Made by a program: the position numbers and the translations under genes
In this document: positions 30,546-43,674 of the stretch, in pieces
How positions within the stretch are numbered: the stretch's first letter is position 1
Layout of the letters: each line of letters begins with the position of its first letter
The notes under the pieces: model-generated
Told to the model about the DNA's origin: nothing
What the model saw: only the letters and a program-made list of their open reading frames with translations
Database searches by the model: none
From: Enterobacteria phage T6
Length of the DNA stretch: 64,000 bases
Sequence record: MH550421
Reading direction: 5' to 3' (one strand)

Positions 30546-31042
30546 AAAGTTTTAATAACCTCTATAATATCGTCTTGAGAAAGACCGTTAATTAAAATAT
30601 GATGTTCAGCTGGAGATTTAGAAATTTTAAAGCATGCCTCAACATCTTCTGCCATATCTGATGCACTACGATTTGGATTACTAATTCCAAGACGATGCTT
30701 TCCAGTCAAAGGATTAACGATGATATAGCATTTACAACTATTGATATGAACATTAGGTTGAGTCTGATTAATAAATACATCACAATCATATTTCGCAAGC
30801 TGATTTTCTAAAAAGACTTTCATCTCTTCAACCGCATCAGGAAGCATATCACGGGCTTGCTCAAGACGACGATTTCGATATTCTTTAATGGTCGTTTTCC
30901 GCTTGACTTGCTTAGCTAAATCTTTCTTAAGATCGGTGATATATCCAACTCGACGGTTTCCTTTGAATACAGAAATCCCATCTGTAGTATCACCGTATGC
31001 TTCAACGACCATTTCAGTAGTAATAAGCTGCAAATCCATCAT
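30536..31042 (-). CDS. alc: Alc, inhibitor of host transcription
   Basis: ORF MMDLQLITTEMVVEAYGD...; 167 aa from the second Met, matching T4 Alc; upstream of pseT block and downstream of rnlA. Confidence 0.85.
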   Translation of the reverse strand: MMDLQLITTEMVVEAYGDTTDGISVFKGNRRVGYITDLKKDLAKQVKRKTTIKEYRNRRLEQARDMLPDAVEEMKVFLENQLAKYDCDVFINQTQPNVHINSCKCYIIVNPLTGKHRLGISNPNRSASDMAEDVEACFKISKSPAEHHILINGLSQDDIIEVIKTLCN

Positions 31043-31070
31043 AAAGTCCTCATGTTATGTCAGTAAGACT

Positions 31071-31100
31071 ACTGTAACACAACAAGAGGGACTTGTAAAC
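31071..31100 (-). promoter_or_regulatory. Early promoter for alc
   Basis: -35 GTTTAC (31095-31100) and -10 TTACAGT on the minus strand; leader shares about 24 nt with the promoter at 15566-15595. Confidence 0.45.
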
Positions 31101-31103
31101 AGC

Positions 31104-32691
<1,588 letters not shown>

Positions 32692-32718
32692 AATAAAATG
32701 GGCCTTGCGGCCCACTCC

Positions 32719-33885
32719 TTAAAAGTATTTTTTAAAACTCATCATAACTTTATCATCAACATCATTATCAATCTGTGCAACAAGGTAAGATGACAATTCT
32801 ACTTCTTGTGGCGCAGATTGAACATTATCAGAATTAAGATATTCACGAATCCAAGGATATGGATGTTTAACCGGAGCATCGGTAATTGGGCATGGAAGAC
32901 CACACTGTTTCATACGAGATACAGTTAAGTAATCAATAAAGCTCCACATGCTATTTGTATTTAATCCAGGAACATCGCCATCTTTAAATAAATGAACTGC
33001 CCAATCTTTTTCTTGGCGGTTAACTTCCATGAAAATATCAACTGCTTCTTGTTCACACTCTTGAGCAATTTTAACCCATTCATCGCCATCAGTGCCAAGT
33101 TGAAGTTGACGAATAATATATTGAGTGCCTTTAAGGTGAAGCTGTTCATCACGTGCAATGAACTTCATAATCTTAGCATTACCTTCCATAATTTCCATGT
33201 TCTTATGGAAGTTAAAGGTACAAGCAAAAGATACATAAAAACGAATAGCTTCCAATGCGTTGATTACATGGAGGCAGAGATAAAGAGATTTCATCAGATC
33301 TCGTTTAGCTCTTTGCTCAACGTCTTTATCGGCCAGAATTAGACCTTGGTCTTTATAATATTTAACCATGTCTTTGGCATTTTCCCAGGCACGGGTTTTA
33401 AGCAAGACATCATCATAATATTTACCAATGGATTCAGCACGTTTCATAATAGCTTCGTCCAACAGAATTTCATCAAATACTTTAGATGGGTCTGCGAACA
33501 GGTTACGCATAATATGAGTATAAGAACGTGAGTGAATTGTTTCACTAAAAGTCCATGTAGCAACCCATGTATCAAGACTTGGGTCTGAAATTAATGACAT
33601 AAGTACAGCAGATGGCGCACGACCCTGAATGCTATCCAAAAGTGATTGATACTTCAGGTTATTAGTAAAAATATTTTGCTGATACTGAGGAAGCTTATTA
33701 AACTGTGCAGCATCCATCATTAAGTTTACTTCTTCAGGACGCCAAAAAAATGATAAAGATTTCTCAATAAGTTCTTCAAATACTCTATGTCGTTGAATAT
33801 CATATCGAGCTAAACCCAATCCAGAACCAAAAAACATCGGCTCAGTCAAAATATTAACAGGGGATGTATTAAAAACTGTACTCAT
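32719..33885 (-). CDS. nrdB: Ribonucleotide reductase small subunit NrdB, uninterrupted (no intron)
   Basis: Continuous 388-aa ORF with the di-iron/tyrosyl-radical fold; no intervening sequence. Confidence 0.9.
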   Translation of the reverse strand: MSTVFNTSPVNILTEPMFFGSGLGLARYDIQRHRVFEELIEKSLSFFWRPEEVNLMMDAAQFNKLPQYQQNIFTNNLKYQSLLDSIQGRAPSAVLMSLISDPSLDTWVATWTFSETIHSRSYTHIMRNLFADPSKVFDEILLDEAIMKRAESIGKYYDDVLLKTRAWENAKDMVKYYKDQGLILADKDVEQRAKRDLMKSLYLCLHVINALEAIRFYVSFACTFNFHKNMEIMEGNAKIMKFIARDEQLHLKGTQYIIRQLQLGTDGDEWVKIAQECEQEAVDIFMEVNRQEKDWAVHLFKDGDVPGLNTNSMWSFIDYLTVSRMKQCGLPCPITDAPVKHPYPWIREYLNSDNVQSAPQEVELSSYLVAQIDNDVDDKVMMSFKKYF

Positions 33886-34523
33886 TTAGAATCCTTAAAT
33901 TTACATTTATCATAATGCCATCTTAAAGCATTGCCTTTATTAACTTTCTTGCCACAATGCGGACAAGGCGGATACTCTGTACCTTGCTTAGTTCTCAAAG
34001 AAATCAAATCACGGGTTTCTTTAGTATGAGGAACATCTCTTGTCGGAGAGATTGTACCATACATCGGATTAAGCACGCCGACTTTAGCAGCAGCTATATT
34101 CTTTTTAGCTTCTTCGGTTTTAGGTTTTCTCATGCGAGCTAAATGCTCTTTGGTAAATTTCCTTCCTTTAAGGGCTCTACTTATCTTTTCTCTGGTTTCC
34201 ATAGAAACTTCACGTCCTGTAGCAGCTTCAGATAAACGTCGTCTACCTAATTCGTACAGTTGAGAAGAAATTTTATATGAGCGATTTTTACCAGTCAAGC
34301 ACATTAAACCAAAAGCTTTCTTTAATCCTGGAGTGTCATATATTTTACATAAAAGCCAATGAGCTATAAAATGCTCTCTACCTGTTAATTCAACTAAATT
34401 TTCTTTATCATCAGAACCTCCCATACATCTAGGGATTATATGATGAGTCTCTTTATATTCGGATAAAGGTTCCCGAGCCTGAGCTCGGGAAATTAGGTCA
34501 TTATAGATTTTTTGATAATTCAT
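33882..34523 (-). CDS. mobE: HNH homing endonuclease MobE
   Basis: 213-aa ORF with HNH core (ETHHIIPRCMGG ... NLVELTGREHFIAH), between nrdB and nrdA as in T4. Confidence 0.8.
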   Translation of the reverse strand: MNYQKIYNDLISRAQAREPLSEYKETHHIIPRCMGGSDDKENLVELTGREHFIAHWLLCKIYDTPGLKKAFGLMCLTGKNRSYKISSQLYELGRRRLSEAATGREVSMETREKISRALKGRKFTKEHLARMRKPKTEEAKKNIAAAKVGVLNPMYGTISPTRDVPHTKETRDLISLRTKQGTEYPPCPHCGKKVNKGNALRWHYDKCKFKDSK

Positions 34524-36787
34524 TACAATTTACACGCTGCACAATCGTCGGCTTTAGGAGTTTCTATTTCATAATCATCAGTACCAGAACCATCACGGGT
34601 ATTATGATAATAGAAATTTTTAATGCCATAATACCATCCGTATAGCATGTCATCAATCATTATTGACATTGGAACCTTTCCCTTTGGAAAAATCTGCGGG
34701 TCATAGTATGTATTCGCTGAAGCTGATTGACATACCCATTTCAGCATAATAGCTACTTGCGTAAGATAAGGTTTATTACCTTTCTTAGCTAATTTCCATG
34801 TATAATCATAGAGGTCTATGTTATGCTCAATATTGGGCACGACTTGATTAAAGGAGCCCTCTTTTGATTCTTTAACAGAGACTGGTCCACGTGGAGGCTC
34901 GATACCGTTTGTACTGTTAGAAACTTGGGAAGATGACTCACATGGCATAAGTGCTGATAATGTGCTATTACGGATGCCAAAGAGCTTAAGGTCTTCCCGC
35001 AGCGACGACCAGTCACAAACGTATTTTGGAGCTGCGATTTGGTCAATCTTTTTATTGTACCAGTCGATAGGTAATTCGCCTCGAGACCAACGAGTGTCTG
35101 AATAATATTCGCAAGGTCCTTTTTCTTTGGCGAGCTTAATGGATGCTTTAATGAGTCCATACTGTAATCTCTCAAATAGTTCATGTGTTAAATCGTTAGC
35201 ATCTTCATAAGAAGCAAAGTTACTTGCCAGCCAAGCTGCATAGTTAGTAACACCTACACCAAGGTTACGACGCTTTTTAGCTTTTTCTGCTTCAGGAACT
35301 GGATATCCTTGGTAATCCAAAAGATTATCAAGAGCACGAACTTGAACTTCTGCCAATTCATTAATTTTATCTTGGTCTTGCCAGTCAAAATTATCCAACA
35401 CAAATGCAGATAACGTACACAATCCAATTTCAGCATCAGGGCTATTCACATCATTTGTTGGAATAGCAATTTCACAACACAAGTTACTCTGACGAATAGG
35501 TGCCTTTTCACGAATAAACGGAGTATAGTTATTAGTATTATCAATGAACTGTACATAAATCCTTGCTGTTCCTGAACGTTCAGTCATGAGCAATTCAAAT
35601 AGTTCACGGGCTTTAATACGCTTTTTACGAATATTAGGGTCTTTTTCTGCTGCTTCGTATAATTCACGGAAACGGTCTTGGTCTTTAAAATAAGAATAAT
35701 AAAGCTCTCCACCCATTTCATGCGGACTGAACAAAGTAATGTAATCGTTCTTTCCGAATCGTTCCATCATCAAATCATTCAGTTGAACACCATAATCCAT
35801 ATGACGAATGCGGTTTTCTTCTACGCCTTTGTTATTTTTCAAAACGAGAAGATTTTCAACTTCCAAATGCCAAATAGGATAATAAGCAGTAGCAGCGCCG
35901 CCACGAATTCCACCCTGTGAACATGATTTAACTGCAGTCTGAAAATGTTTCCAAAAAGGAATAACACCAGTATGGCGTACTTCACCCATGCCAATCTTAG
36001 AACCTTCAGCACGAATCATACCAACGTTAATACCAATTCCAGCGCGTTTAGAGATATATTCAACAATTGAAGCGGAAGCCTTATTGATAGACTTCAGCGA
36101 ATCACCTGCCTCAATAACAACGCATGAACTGAACTGTCGAGTCGGAGTACGACAACCAGCCATAATAGGAGTTGGCAGTGAAATCTGTCGAGTAGATACT
36201 GCTTCATAAAAACGGATAACATGTTTTAATCTATCAACAGGTTCATCTTGATGCAGTGCCATTCCAATAGTCATAAATGCAAACTGTGGAGTTTCATAAA
36301 TTTGACCAGTGGTTTTATCTTTAACTAAATATTTTTCTTTTAATTGCATCGCCCCGGAATAAGTAAATTCCATATCCCGCTCGTGCTTAATTTTTGATTC
36401 TAAAAATGTAATTTCTTCTGCTGAATATTTTGACAACAATTCAGGGTCATATTTACCTTCATTTACACAGTAAGAAATATGGTCAATAAATGAACGTGGT
36501 TCATACTGCCCATAAACATGCTTACGAAGAGCGAACATTAAACAGCGTGCAGCTACGTATTGATAATCCGGCTCTTCAACCGAAATAGAATTCGCAGCGG
36601 CCTTAATGACAATAGTCTGAATATCATCAGTTGTCATTCCATCACGGAGATAAGATTTAATATTTTCATATAATTCATAAGGATCTACTGATGTTCCTTC
36701 AGCTGCCCAAGATAAAACTTTAATAATTTTTTGCGGGTCAAAGCTCTGAGAAACACCACTACTTTTGATAACATTAATTAATTGCAT
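34523..36787 (-). CDS. nrdA: Ribonucleotide reductase large subunit NrdA
   Basis: 754-aa ORF with ATP-cone N-terminus and class I RNR catalytic core. Confidence 0.95.
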   Translation of the reverse strand: MQLINVIKSSGVSQSFDPQKIIKVLSWAAEGTSVDPYELYENIKSYLRDGMTTDDIQTIVIKAAANSISVEEPDYQYVAARCLMFALRKHVYGQYEPRSFIDHISYCVNEGKYDPELLSKYSAEEITFLESKIKHERDMEFTYSGAMQLKEKYLVKDKTTGQIYETPQFAFMTIGMALHQDEPVDRLKHVIRFYEAVSTRQISLPTPIMAGCRTPTRQFSSCVVIEAGDSLKSINKASASIVEYISKRAGIGINVGMIRAEGSKIGMGEVRHTGVIPFWKHFQTAVKSCSQGGIRGGAATAYYPIWHLEVENLLVLKNNKGVEENRIRHMDYGVQLNDLMMERFGKNDYITLFSPHEMGGELYYSYFKDQDRFRELYEAAEKDPNIRKKRIKARELFELLMTERSGTARIYVQFIDNTNNYTPFIREKAPIRQSNLCCEIAIPTNDVNSPDAEIGLCTLSAFVLDNFDWQDQDKINELAEVQVRALDNLLDYQGYPVPEAEKAKKRRNLGVGVTNYAAWLASNFASYEDANDLTHELFERLQYGLIKASIKLAKEKGPCEYYSDTRWSRGELPIDWYNKKIDQIAAPKYVCDWSSLREDLKLFGIRNSTLSALMPCESSSQVSNSTNGIEPPRGPVSVKESKEGSFNQVVPNIEHNIDLYDYTWKLAKKGNKPYLTQVAIMLKWVCQSASANTYYDPQIFPKGKVPMSIMIDDMLYGWYYGIKNFYYHNTRDGSGTDDYEIETPKADDCAACKL

Positions 36788-37104
36788 AAGTCCTCAACTT
36801 GAAAATCGTCTTTAAACAGTCGGTTAACTATATGAGCTATTATATCACCATGACACGGCTTTGGTTTACATGTGCATCCTAGCCTCATTCCACGTAAAGG
36901 CTCTAAATGTGCTTTAGTTATTTCTCCGGATTTAATTCGACGTATAAAATCTTTTTTGAATAATTCAATGGCAGCCTCCCGGCTGCCAGCATCTTTACCG
37001 ACGTAATTTCCCCAAAATGTACCGCGGTGAATATTAACATCAAAGTCGGATTTATATTTATTCACTACCCGACATAGACGGCCCGCGCGGTGATAATTCG
37101 GCAT
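36778..37104 (-). CDS. Hypothetical Cys-rich protein, 108 aa
   Basis: ORF overlapping the nrdA start. Confidence 0.45.
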   Translation of the reverse strand: MPNYHRAGRLCRVVNKYKSDFDVNIHRGTFWGNYVGKDAGSREAAIELFKKDFIRRIKSGEITKAHLEPLRGMRLGCTCKPKPCHGDIIAHIVNRLFKDDFQVEDLCN

Positions 37105-37333
37105 ATTGTTTTTCCGTTAAAACAGTAATATCGTAGTAACAGTCAGAAGAAGTTTTAACTGTGGAAATTTTATTATCAAAATACTCACGAGTCATTTTAT
37201 GAGTATAATATTTTTTGCCATAAATGATAATAGGCTGATTTGGTCCTGGAACTTCTAACTCACTTGGGTTAGGAAGTGTAAAAAGAACTACACCAGAAGT
37301 ATCTTTAAATCGTAAAATCATATATCCTCGCAA
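37058..37333 (-). CDS. Hypothetical protein, 91 aa
   Basis: ORF between td and nrdA. Confidence 0.45.
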   Translation of the reverse strand: MRGYMILRFKDTSGVVLFTLPNPSELEVPGPNQPIIIYGKKYYTHKMTREYFDNKISTVKTSSDCYYDITVLTEKQYAELSPRGPSMSGSE

Positions 37334-37344
37334 TTAAATTGAAA

Positions 37345-37656
37345 TTACACCGCCATCTTTCCTTTAATTGGCGGGTGAGATACATAGTTGTTAAGAACAA
37401 AATTATGCGGCTTTGCGAATTGACTCAACCAAAATACCTGCGATTCTGTGTTCCATTCATCAAATTCATCTGGAAATTTTAATTGTAATTCGCATAAATC
37501 CATAGGTTCACGACGTAAAATTTCTTTACATTGTTCTACGTGATTCATATAGATATGAGTATTACCACCAGAAAATATCAAATCTCCTGGAATAAGATTA
37601 CACATCTTAGCTGCAATATGAACTAACGCAGCGTATGATGCAATATTAAATGGTAG
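37345..37656 (-). CDS. td: Thymidylate synthase, exon 2
   Basis: Exon 2 begins CTACCATTTAATATTGCATCATAC directly after the intron terminal G; 103 codons. Confidence 0.9.
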   Translation of the reverse strand, partial: LPFNIASYAALVHIAAKMCNLIPGDLIFSGGNTHIYMNHVEQCKEILRREPMDLCELQLKFPDEFDEWNTESQVFWLSQFAKPHNFVLNNYVSHPPIKGKMAV

Positions 37657-38672
37657 CATTATGTTCAGATAAGGTCGTTAATCTTACCCCGGAATTATAT
37701 CCAGCTGCATGTCACCATGCAGATCAGACTATATCTCCAACTTGTTAAAGCAAGTTGTCTATCGTTTCGAGTCACTTGACCCTACTCCCCAAAGGGATAG
37801 TCGTTAGGCATTTATGTAGAACCAATTCCATTTATCAGATTTTACACGATAAGTAACTAATCCAGACGAAATTTTAAAATGTCTAGCTGCATCTGCTGCA
37901 CAATCAAAAATAACCCCATCACATGAAATCTTTTTAATATTACTAGGCTTTTTACCTTTCATCTTTTCTGATATTTTAGATTTAGTTATGTCTGAATGCT
38001 TATGATTAAAGAATGAATTATTTTCACCTGAACGATTTCTGCATTTACTACAAGTATAAGCAGAAGTTTGTATGCGAACACCGCACTTACAAAACTTATG
38101 GGTTTCTGGATTCCAACGCCCGTTTTTACTTCCGGGTTTACTGTAAAGAGCTTTCCGACCATCAGGTCCAAGTTTAAGCATCTTAGCTTTAACAGTTTCA
38201 GAACGTTTCTTAATAATTTCTTCTTTTAATGGATGCGTAGAACATGTATCACCAAACGTTGCATCAGCAATATTGTATCCATTAATTTTAGAATTAAGCT
38301 CTTTAATCCAAAAATTTTCTCGTTCAATAATCAAATCTTTCTCATATGGAATTTCTTCCAAAATAGAACATTCAAACACATTACCATGTTTGTTAAAAGA
38401 CCTCTGAAGTTTTATAGAAGAATGGCATCCTTTTTCTAAATCTTTAAAATGCCTCTTCCATCTCTTTTCAAAATCTTTAGCACTTCCTACATATACTTTA
38501 TTGTTTAAAGTATTTTTAATCTGATAAATTCCGCTTTTCATAAATACCTCTTTAAATATAGAAGTATTTATTAAAGGGCAGTCCTACAATTTAGCACGGG
38601 ATTGTCTACTAGAGAGGTTCCCCGTTTAGATAGATTACAAGTATAAGTCACCTTATACTCAGGCCTCAATTA
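37657..38672 (-). mobile_element. Group I self-splicing intron of td carrying the I-TevI gene
   Basis: Intron starts TAATTGAGGCCTGAGTATAAGGTGACTTATAC after exon-1 TTGGGT and ends ...GAACATAATG; 1016 nt, matching the T4 td intron. Confidence 0.9.
37804..38541 (-). CDS. I-TevI: GIY-YIG homing endonuclease I-TevI (intron-encoded)
   Basis: 245-aa ORF MKSGIYQIKNTLNNKVYVGSAKD... with GIY-YIG N-terminus and C-terminal zinc-finger/HTH DNA-binding region. Confidence 0.9.
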   Translation of the reverse strand: MKSGIYQIKNTLNNKVYVGSAKDFEKRWKRHFKDLEKGCHSSIKLQRSFNKHGNVFECSILEEIPYEKDLIIERENFWIKELNSKINGYNIADATFGDTCSTHPLKEEIIKKRSETVKAKMLKLGPDGRKALYSKPGSKNGRWNPETHKFCKCGVRIQTSAYTCSKCRNRSGENNSFFNHKHSDITKSKISEKMKGKKPSNIKKISCDGVIFDCAADAARHFKISSGLVTYRVKSDKWNWFYINA

Positions 38673-39221
38673 ACCCAAGAAAACATCTACTGATCGTTGA
38701 TACCACTGCAAATCCAAATAGCCGTTACGCACATTAAACTGATAGAACATATGACAAGGCGGTAATGCCATATATTTAAGTTCAGCTGGATTCCATGCAG
38801 AAACAATTTGACGCCTATCATTTGGCAATTTTTTAATACGATCAACAACTTCTATAATTTGGTCTACACCGCCAAAATCGCGCCATTGTTTTCCATAAAT
38901 TGGACCAAGTTCACCGCTATGGTATCCTAAATCTTTTGCTTGATTTTCGTAATTTTCATCCCAGACTGTTTTGCCTTGGATTAACGAATCATGCTGAATT
39001 AATCGTAAATCATTGACATTTGTGCTTCCTGATAAAAACCATATTAGCTCAGCAATGCAAGCTTTCCAGGCGAGCTTCTTAGTTGTTACCGCAGGAAAAC
39101 CTTTAGTTAAATCCCAACGTAATTTAGTACCGAACAAAGCAATTGTTCCTGTGCCTGTTCGGTCATCGGTTTCGTAGCCATTTTCAAAAATGTCTTTAAT
39201 TAAATCTTGGTATTGTTTCAT
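38673..39221 (-). CDS. td: Thymidylate synthase, exon 1
   Basis: 183 codons MKQYQDLIKDIFENGYE...; ends at TTGGGT; in-frame TAA is the first codon of the intron. Confidence 0.9.
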
Positions 39222-39265
39222 TTAGTACCTTATATAAATTATAATACATTTTATGAAGCTAATAA

Positions 39266-39613
39266 TTAATACGGTTTAGCATCAAATTTTCTCTCAATTT
39301 CAGGAGTGAAATATAATTCTTTACCGCGTTTGGAAAAGCGACCAATAATATGATAATTATTCTCATCAAACGTAATATTACCAATATCCATAGCTTTCAA
39401 CCAAATATCGATATTTCTATCCAGCTTTATGTCAAAATTCCAATACGGAGAACTATTACCGAAAATACTGCAAGCAGATTCAGTGAAACAACTGCTATAA
39501 ATCTTGTCTTTAGGAACTACTAATTGATAGACACCTTTAATAAACTGAGGACCCTGCCATTTAGGTTGTTTCGCGTCTTTTTCTAATAGAATAGGGTAAT
39601 AATTAAAATTCAT
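39266..39613 (-). CDS. Hypothetical protein, 115 aa (119 with upstream GTG), between frd and td
   Basis: ORF with GGCGGAAAAT Shine-Dalgarno before the ATG at 39613; no recognisable motif; sits where frd and td overlap in T4. Confidence 0.55.
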   Translation of the reverse strand: MNFNYYPILLEKDAKQPKWQGPQFIKGVYQLVVPKDKIYSSCFTESACSIFGNSSPYWNFDIKLDRNIDIWLKAMDIGNITFDENNYHIIGRFSKRGKELYFTPEIERKFDAKPY

Positions 39614-39633
39614 ATTTTCCGCCACGCGTTATT

Positions 39634-40456
<823 letters not shown>

Positions 40457-40472
<16 letters not shown>

Positions 40473-40816
40473 TGAAAAGAGTCATGAGCATATCCGCTAG
40501 CGTCAATCATTTTAACTAAAGTTACCATTCCTCTGTTAACTGCTTGCGCGATTTCATCAAAAACTTCATCAATATCACCATAAAGATCGCTAAAAAGTTC
40601 TAACACGTTCTTCTGAACTTTTAATTTACAGCCAACAATTTCGCCTACAGTAAATTCGTTTCCGCCAAATCCAGCGTAAAATGTAATTACACCCATTAAC
40701 TGGCTTTCACGGGAATCTATGTCGTGTGATAAATTAATATAAGCCGTCCCAGGCGCGGTTTTAAGTTGGCAACGAATACTTACTCGAGCAATTCCAGCTA
40801 CACGAATGTCAGACAT
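40457..40816 (-). CDS. Hypothetical protein, 119 aa
   Basis: ORF upstream of frd. Confidence 0.45.
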
Positions 40817-40826
40817 ATTATTTTCC

Positions 40827-41069
40827 TCAGACAGACTTTTTCACAATTTTCCAATCAGCTTTAAACTGATCAACATCAGAATGATAAATCCAGAATCCTG
40901 CGCTTTCTCCGTCTTCATAAAGAGGACATCCATCGCATTCATCTTCCCATCCCATATCACGTAAAAGATGTTCAGCTTTTTCAACAAGTTCAGAATCTTT
41001 ACCGATGATATTAAAATACCATTTACCTCTAACTTCCGAATCTTTAATGCTCTGACGTTGTAATCTCAT
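40827..41069 (-). CDS. Hypothetical protein, 80 aa
   Basis: ORF upstream of frd. Confidence 0.45.
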   Translation of the reverse strand: MRLQRQSIKDSEVRGKWYFNIIGKDSELVEKAEHLLRDMGWEDECDGCPLYEDGESAGFWIYHSDVDQFKADWKIVKKSV

Positions 41070-41207
41070 TTTATTCTCCTTAGCAAGCTTTAATCAAAAG
41101 ATATAAACAAACCAACATAACTGCTGCCATAATATAAGGTGCGAACATTTTCTTTTCTCCATTAGTTTTGATAGGGTAATAGTATCACACTACTACCCTG
41201 TTGTAAA

Positions 41208-41594
41208 CTACTTTTTGAAAGTTTTTCGCAAAAGTTCAATGATTTCATCTACATTGTTTTCATCTACAATGCAGTGAATTTTTGTTACACCAGAAACCTT
41301 GTCTTTAACTTCATCCTCTTCAGAAGTCGGTTCTTTATATTCGCGGAAACAATAAAACTCTTCTTCACTAAGTTCAAAATAATCATCACCCATACCATCA
41401 TCATTATAGATTTCACCATTAGCACAAATGATTTCGGTTACATAATCAAATCCATCTAAACTTGATATTGATTTAACTTCAAACCAACCACCATTTTCTT
41501 GAATGATGCCGACCATATTAGCATTTGATGAACTAATATCAATGAAAGATTTAATACGGTGTGGATTTAACTCGTATTTTTTGCCGATTTCCAT
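41208..41594 (-). CDS. Hypothetical acidic protein, about 128 aa
   Basis: Start taken at ATG 41594 (MEIGKKYELNPHR...) after AGGGGCT-TAAT-AGCCCCT hairpin and GAGGAAAA Shine-Dalgarno; track ORF extends to 41651. Confidence 0.45.
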   Translation of the reverse strand: MEIGKKYELNPHRIKSFIDISSSNANMVGIIQENGGWFEVKSISSLDGFDYVTEIICANGEIYNDDGMGDDYFELSEEEFYCFREYKEPTSEEDEVKDKVSGVTKIHCIVDENNVDEIIELLRKTFKK

Positions 41595-41640
41595 TTTGAT
41601 TTTCCTCATTTTTAATAGGGGCTTAATAGCCCCTTGATAA

Positions 41641-41868
41641 TTATTGTTCAATCAGTCCCATGTAAAATTCTGCGTCTTCAGCATCCATACCGTCGCAGTA
41701 TTCATTAGCCATAAAGCGGGTGAGGTCTTCAAGAGGACCTTCAATAACGATTTGAATACTCCAAAACTTAGAATCTTGTACGCTTGTGATACTAAGTTCA
41801 GGATAACGATTACGAATAATTTCTTCAATATATTCAAAATCAACGATGTCAATATCAACTTTAGCCAT
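41641..41868 (-). CDS. Hypothetical acidic protein, about 75 aa
   Basis: Start taken at ATG 41868 ([13 protein letters not shown]...) preceded by AGAGGAAAATAAT; first gene after the promoter downstream of gene 32. Confidence 0.45.
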   Translation of the reverse strand: MAKVDIDIVDFEYIEEIIRNRYPELSITSVQDSKFWSIQIVIEGPLEDLTRFMANEYCDGMDAEDAEFYMGLIEQ

Positions 41869-41907
41869 ATTATTTTCCTCTTTAATTATCAACAGTATTG
41901 CCGATAG

Positions 41908-41941
41908 TTGTATAGTACCATGGAAGAACAAGGATGTAAAC
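41908..41941 (-). promoter_or_regulatory. Early promoter (GTTTAC-N18-TACTATACAACTATC family)
   Basis: -35 GTTTAC at 41936-41941; -10 region TGGTACTATACAACTATC shared with the promoters at about 58266 and 61910. Confidence 0.45.
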
Positions 41942-41971
41942 AGTTTTGTGAAAAAATTTTGAAATAAAAAA

Positions 41972-41990
41972 GGGGACCTCTAGGGTCCCC
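41972..41990 (-). terminator. Rho-independent terminator after gene 32
   Basis: GGGGACC-TCTAG-GGTCCCC hairpin followed by TTTTTT on the gene strand. Confidence 0.6.
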
Positions 41991-42012
41991 AATTAATTAG
42001 TAATATAATCTA

Positions 42013-42921
42013 TTAAAGATCATTCAAAAGGTCATCCAGGTCCGTGTCATCAGCACTAGATGAACTACCAGAGCTTGAGCTCATAAAATCATCTTCAGTT
42101 TTTGTATTGAAGTCATCAACATTGAATGCATCCAAATCATCAGCAACTTTATCAGCTTTCTTAGCAGCAGTCGCTGCGGCACCACCCATTGCAGCAGTTC
42201 CCATAACTTGACTGAACTTAGTGCTCAGTTCTTCAAACGATTTGAATTTATCTTTAGAAGTCATTTCAGAAAGATCAACCATTTGTTCGAACAGTTCTTT
42301 CTGGAAAGATTCATCGTCAATGTTTGGAATCGCAGATTGATTCAGGAATTTAGATTCGTCGTAGTTACTAAATCCAGAAACTTGTTTAACTTTCAGTACA
42401 AAGTTAGCACCTTCCCACGGGCAAGTTACATCAACCGGGGTTTCACCCATTTCGACATCAACTGCAATCATTGCATTGATTTTATCCCAGATTTTCTTAC
42501 CGAAACGGTATTTAAATACTTTACCTTCGTTTTCTGGAGCAGCTGGGTCTTTTACAACAAGAATATTAGCCCAGTAAGAAGTTTTACGTTTAACAAGACT
42601 GTACTCTTTATTGTCAGTGTTGTACAGATCATTTTTACTGATGTACTGACATACTGGGCAAGAATCGTAATCACCATGGGTAGATGAACATGTTTCAATA
42701 TACCATTTACCATTTTTCTTGAAACCGTGATTTACAAGAATTGCGAATGGTGCTTGTTCATCATTTTTAGACGGAAGAAAACGAATTACTGCTTGACCGT
42801 TACCCGCATTATCGAGTTTCAGTTTCCACTCGCCTTTATCTTCAGAAGAAAAACCACCTTTATTTCCAGCCAGTTTAGCCATTTGCGCAGCGAGTTCAGC
42901 AGTAGATTTACGTTTAAACAT
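42013..42921 (-). CDS. 32: Single-stranded DNA-binding protein gp32
   Basis: [20 protein letters not shown]... with zinc-binding Cys/His cluster and acidic C-terminus; matches T4 gp32. Confidence 0.95.
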
Positions 42922-42996
42922 TTTTATTTCCTTTTTAATTTAATTAACAGTTGGTGCTATGACGATGTATGACCTCATAGCTGGTCAGTGAGATAA

Positions 42997-43674
42997 TTAT
43001 AAGCTATTTATAGGAAGCAATTGATACTTGCAAGATTTCACAGATTCAATGAAAACATTTTTAGCTTTCGGAGAATCAATATTTAAAATTTTTCTATAAG
43101 CCTTTAACTTTATAGAATAATTATTCCAGACTAAATTATCAGTCTGTTCATCATGTTTATCAATTATATTTAAAAATGAATCAAGCAAGATAAACGTCTC
43201 AAACGAAATTATGTTCGATTGCAGAAGTTTAAAAATATAACTTGACTGAACCTTTGGATTATATTCAAAGATTTCTTTAAAAGCAGAAACTTCAACTTTT
43301 TTACTAAAATAATAAATATTGCGAATATCTTCTTCAAACTTAAATTTAATTTGCTTTAAGCGTCCGATATATTCACGATAAAACACAAGTGCATCAGCGT
43401 CAGAGATGTCACCAATCCAAGCATCTTGGTTAGCAACAAGATTGCTTATAAAGATTAAAGCAAGTTCCTTTAATTTATATTTTTCTGATAACTTCTGGAA
43501 AAAATACTTATCCCTTCGCTTTTGATAAGCGGCATCAGACACCCGCATGCACCAATTATACTTAATAACATCATACTTTCCATTCATATGTTGTTTTATC
43601 ATTAAGTATAATTTATAAACTGATTTACCATCAATGTATCTTTCACCACCAGCAGGCATGGCGGAGTTTAATCA
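42997..43674 (-). CDS. 59: Helicase loader gp59, with a frameshift after codon 5 and a C-terminal extension
   Basis: ATGATTAAACTCCGC (MIKLR) at 43674 is out of frame with the main ORF (42997..43659, MPAGGERY...) because of one extra G/C at 43660-43664; the ORF also runs 8 codons past the T4-like ...SCKY end. Confidence 0.8.

Noticed and set aside
32719-33885. Looked for an nrdB group I intron and I-TevIII remnant
   Set aside because: nrdB is a single uninterrupted 388-codon ORF with no internal stop or non-coding island
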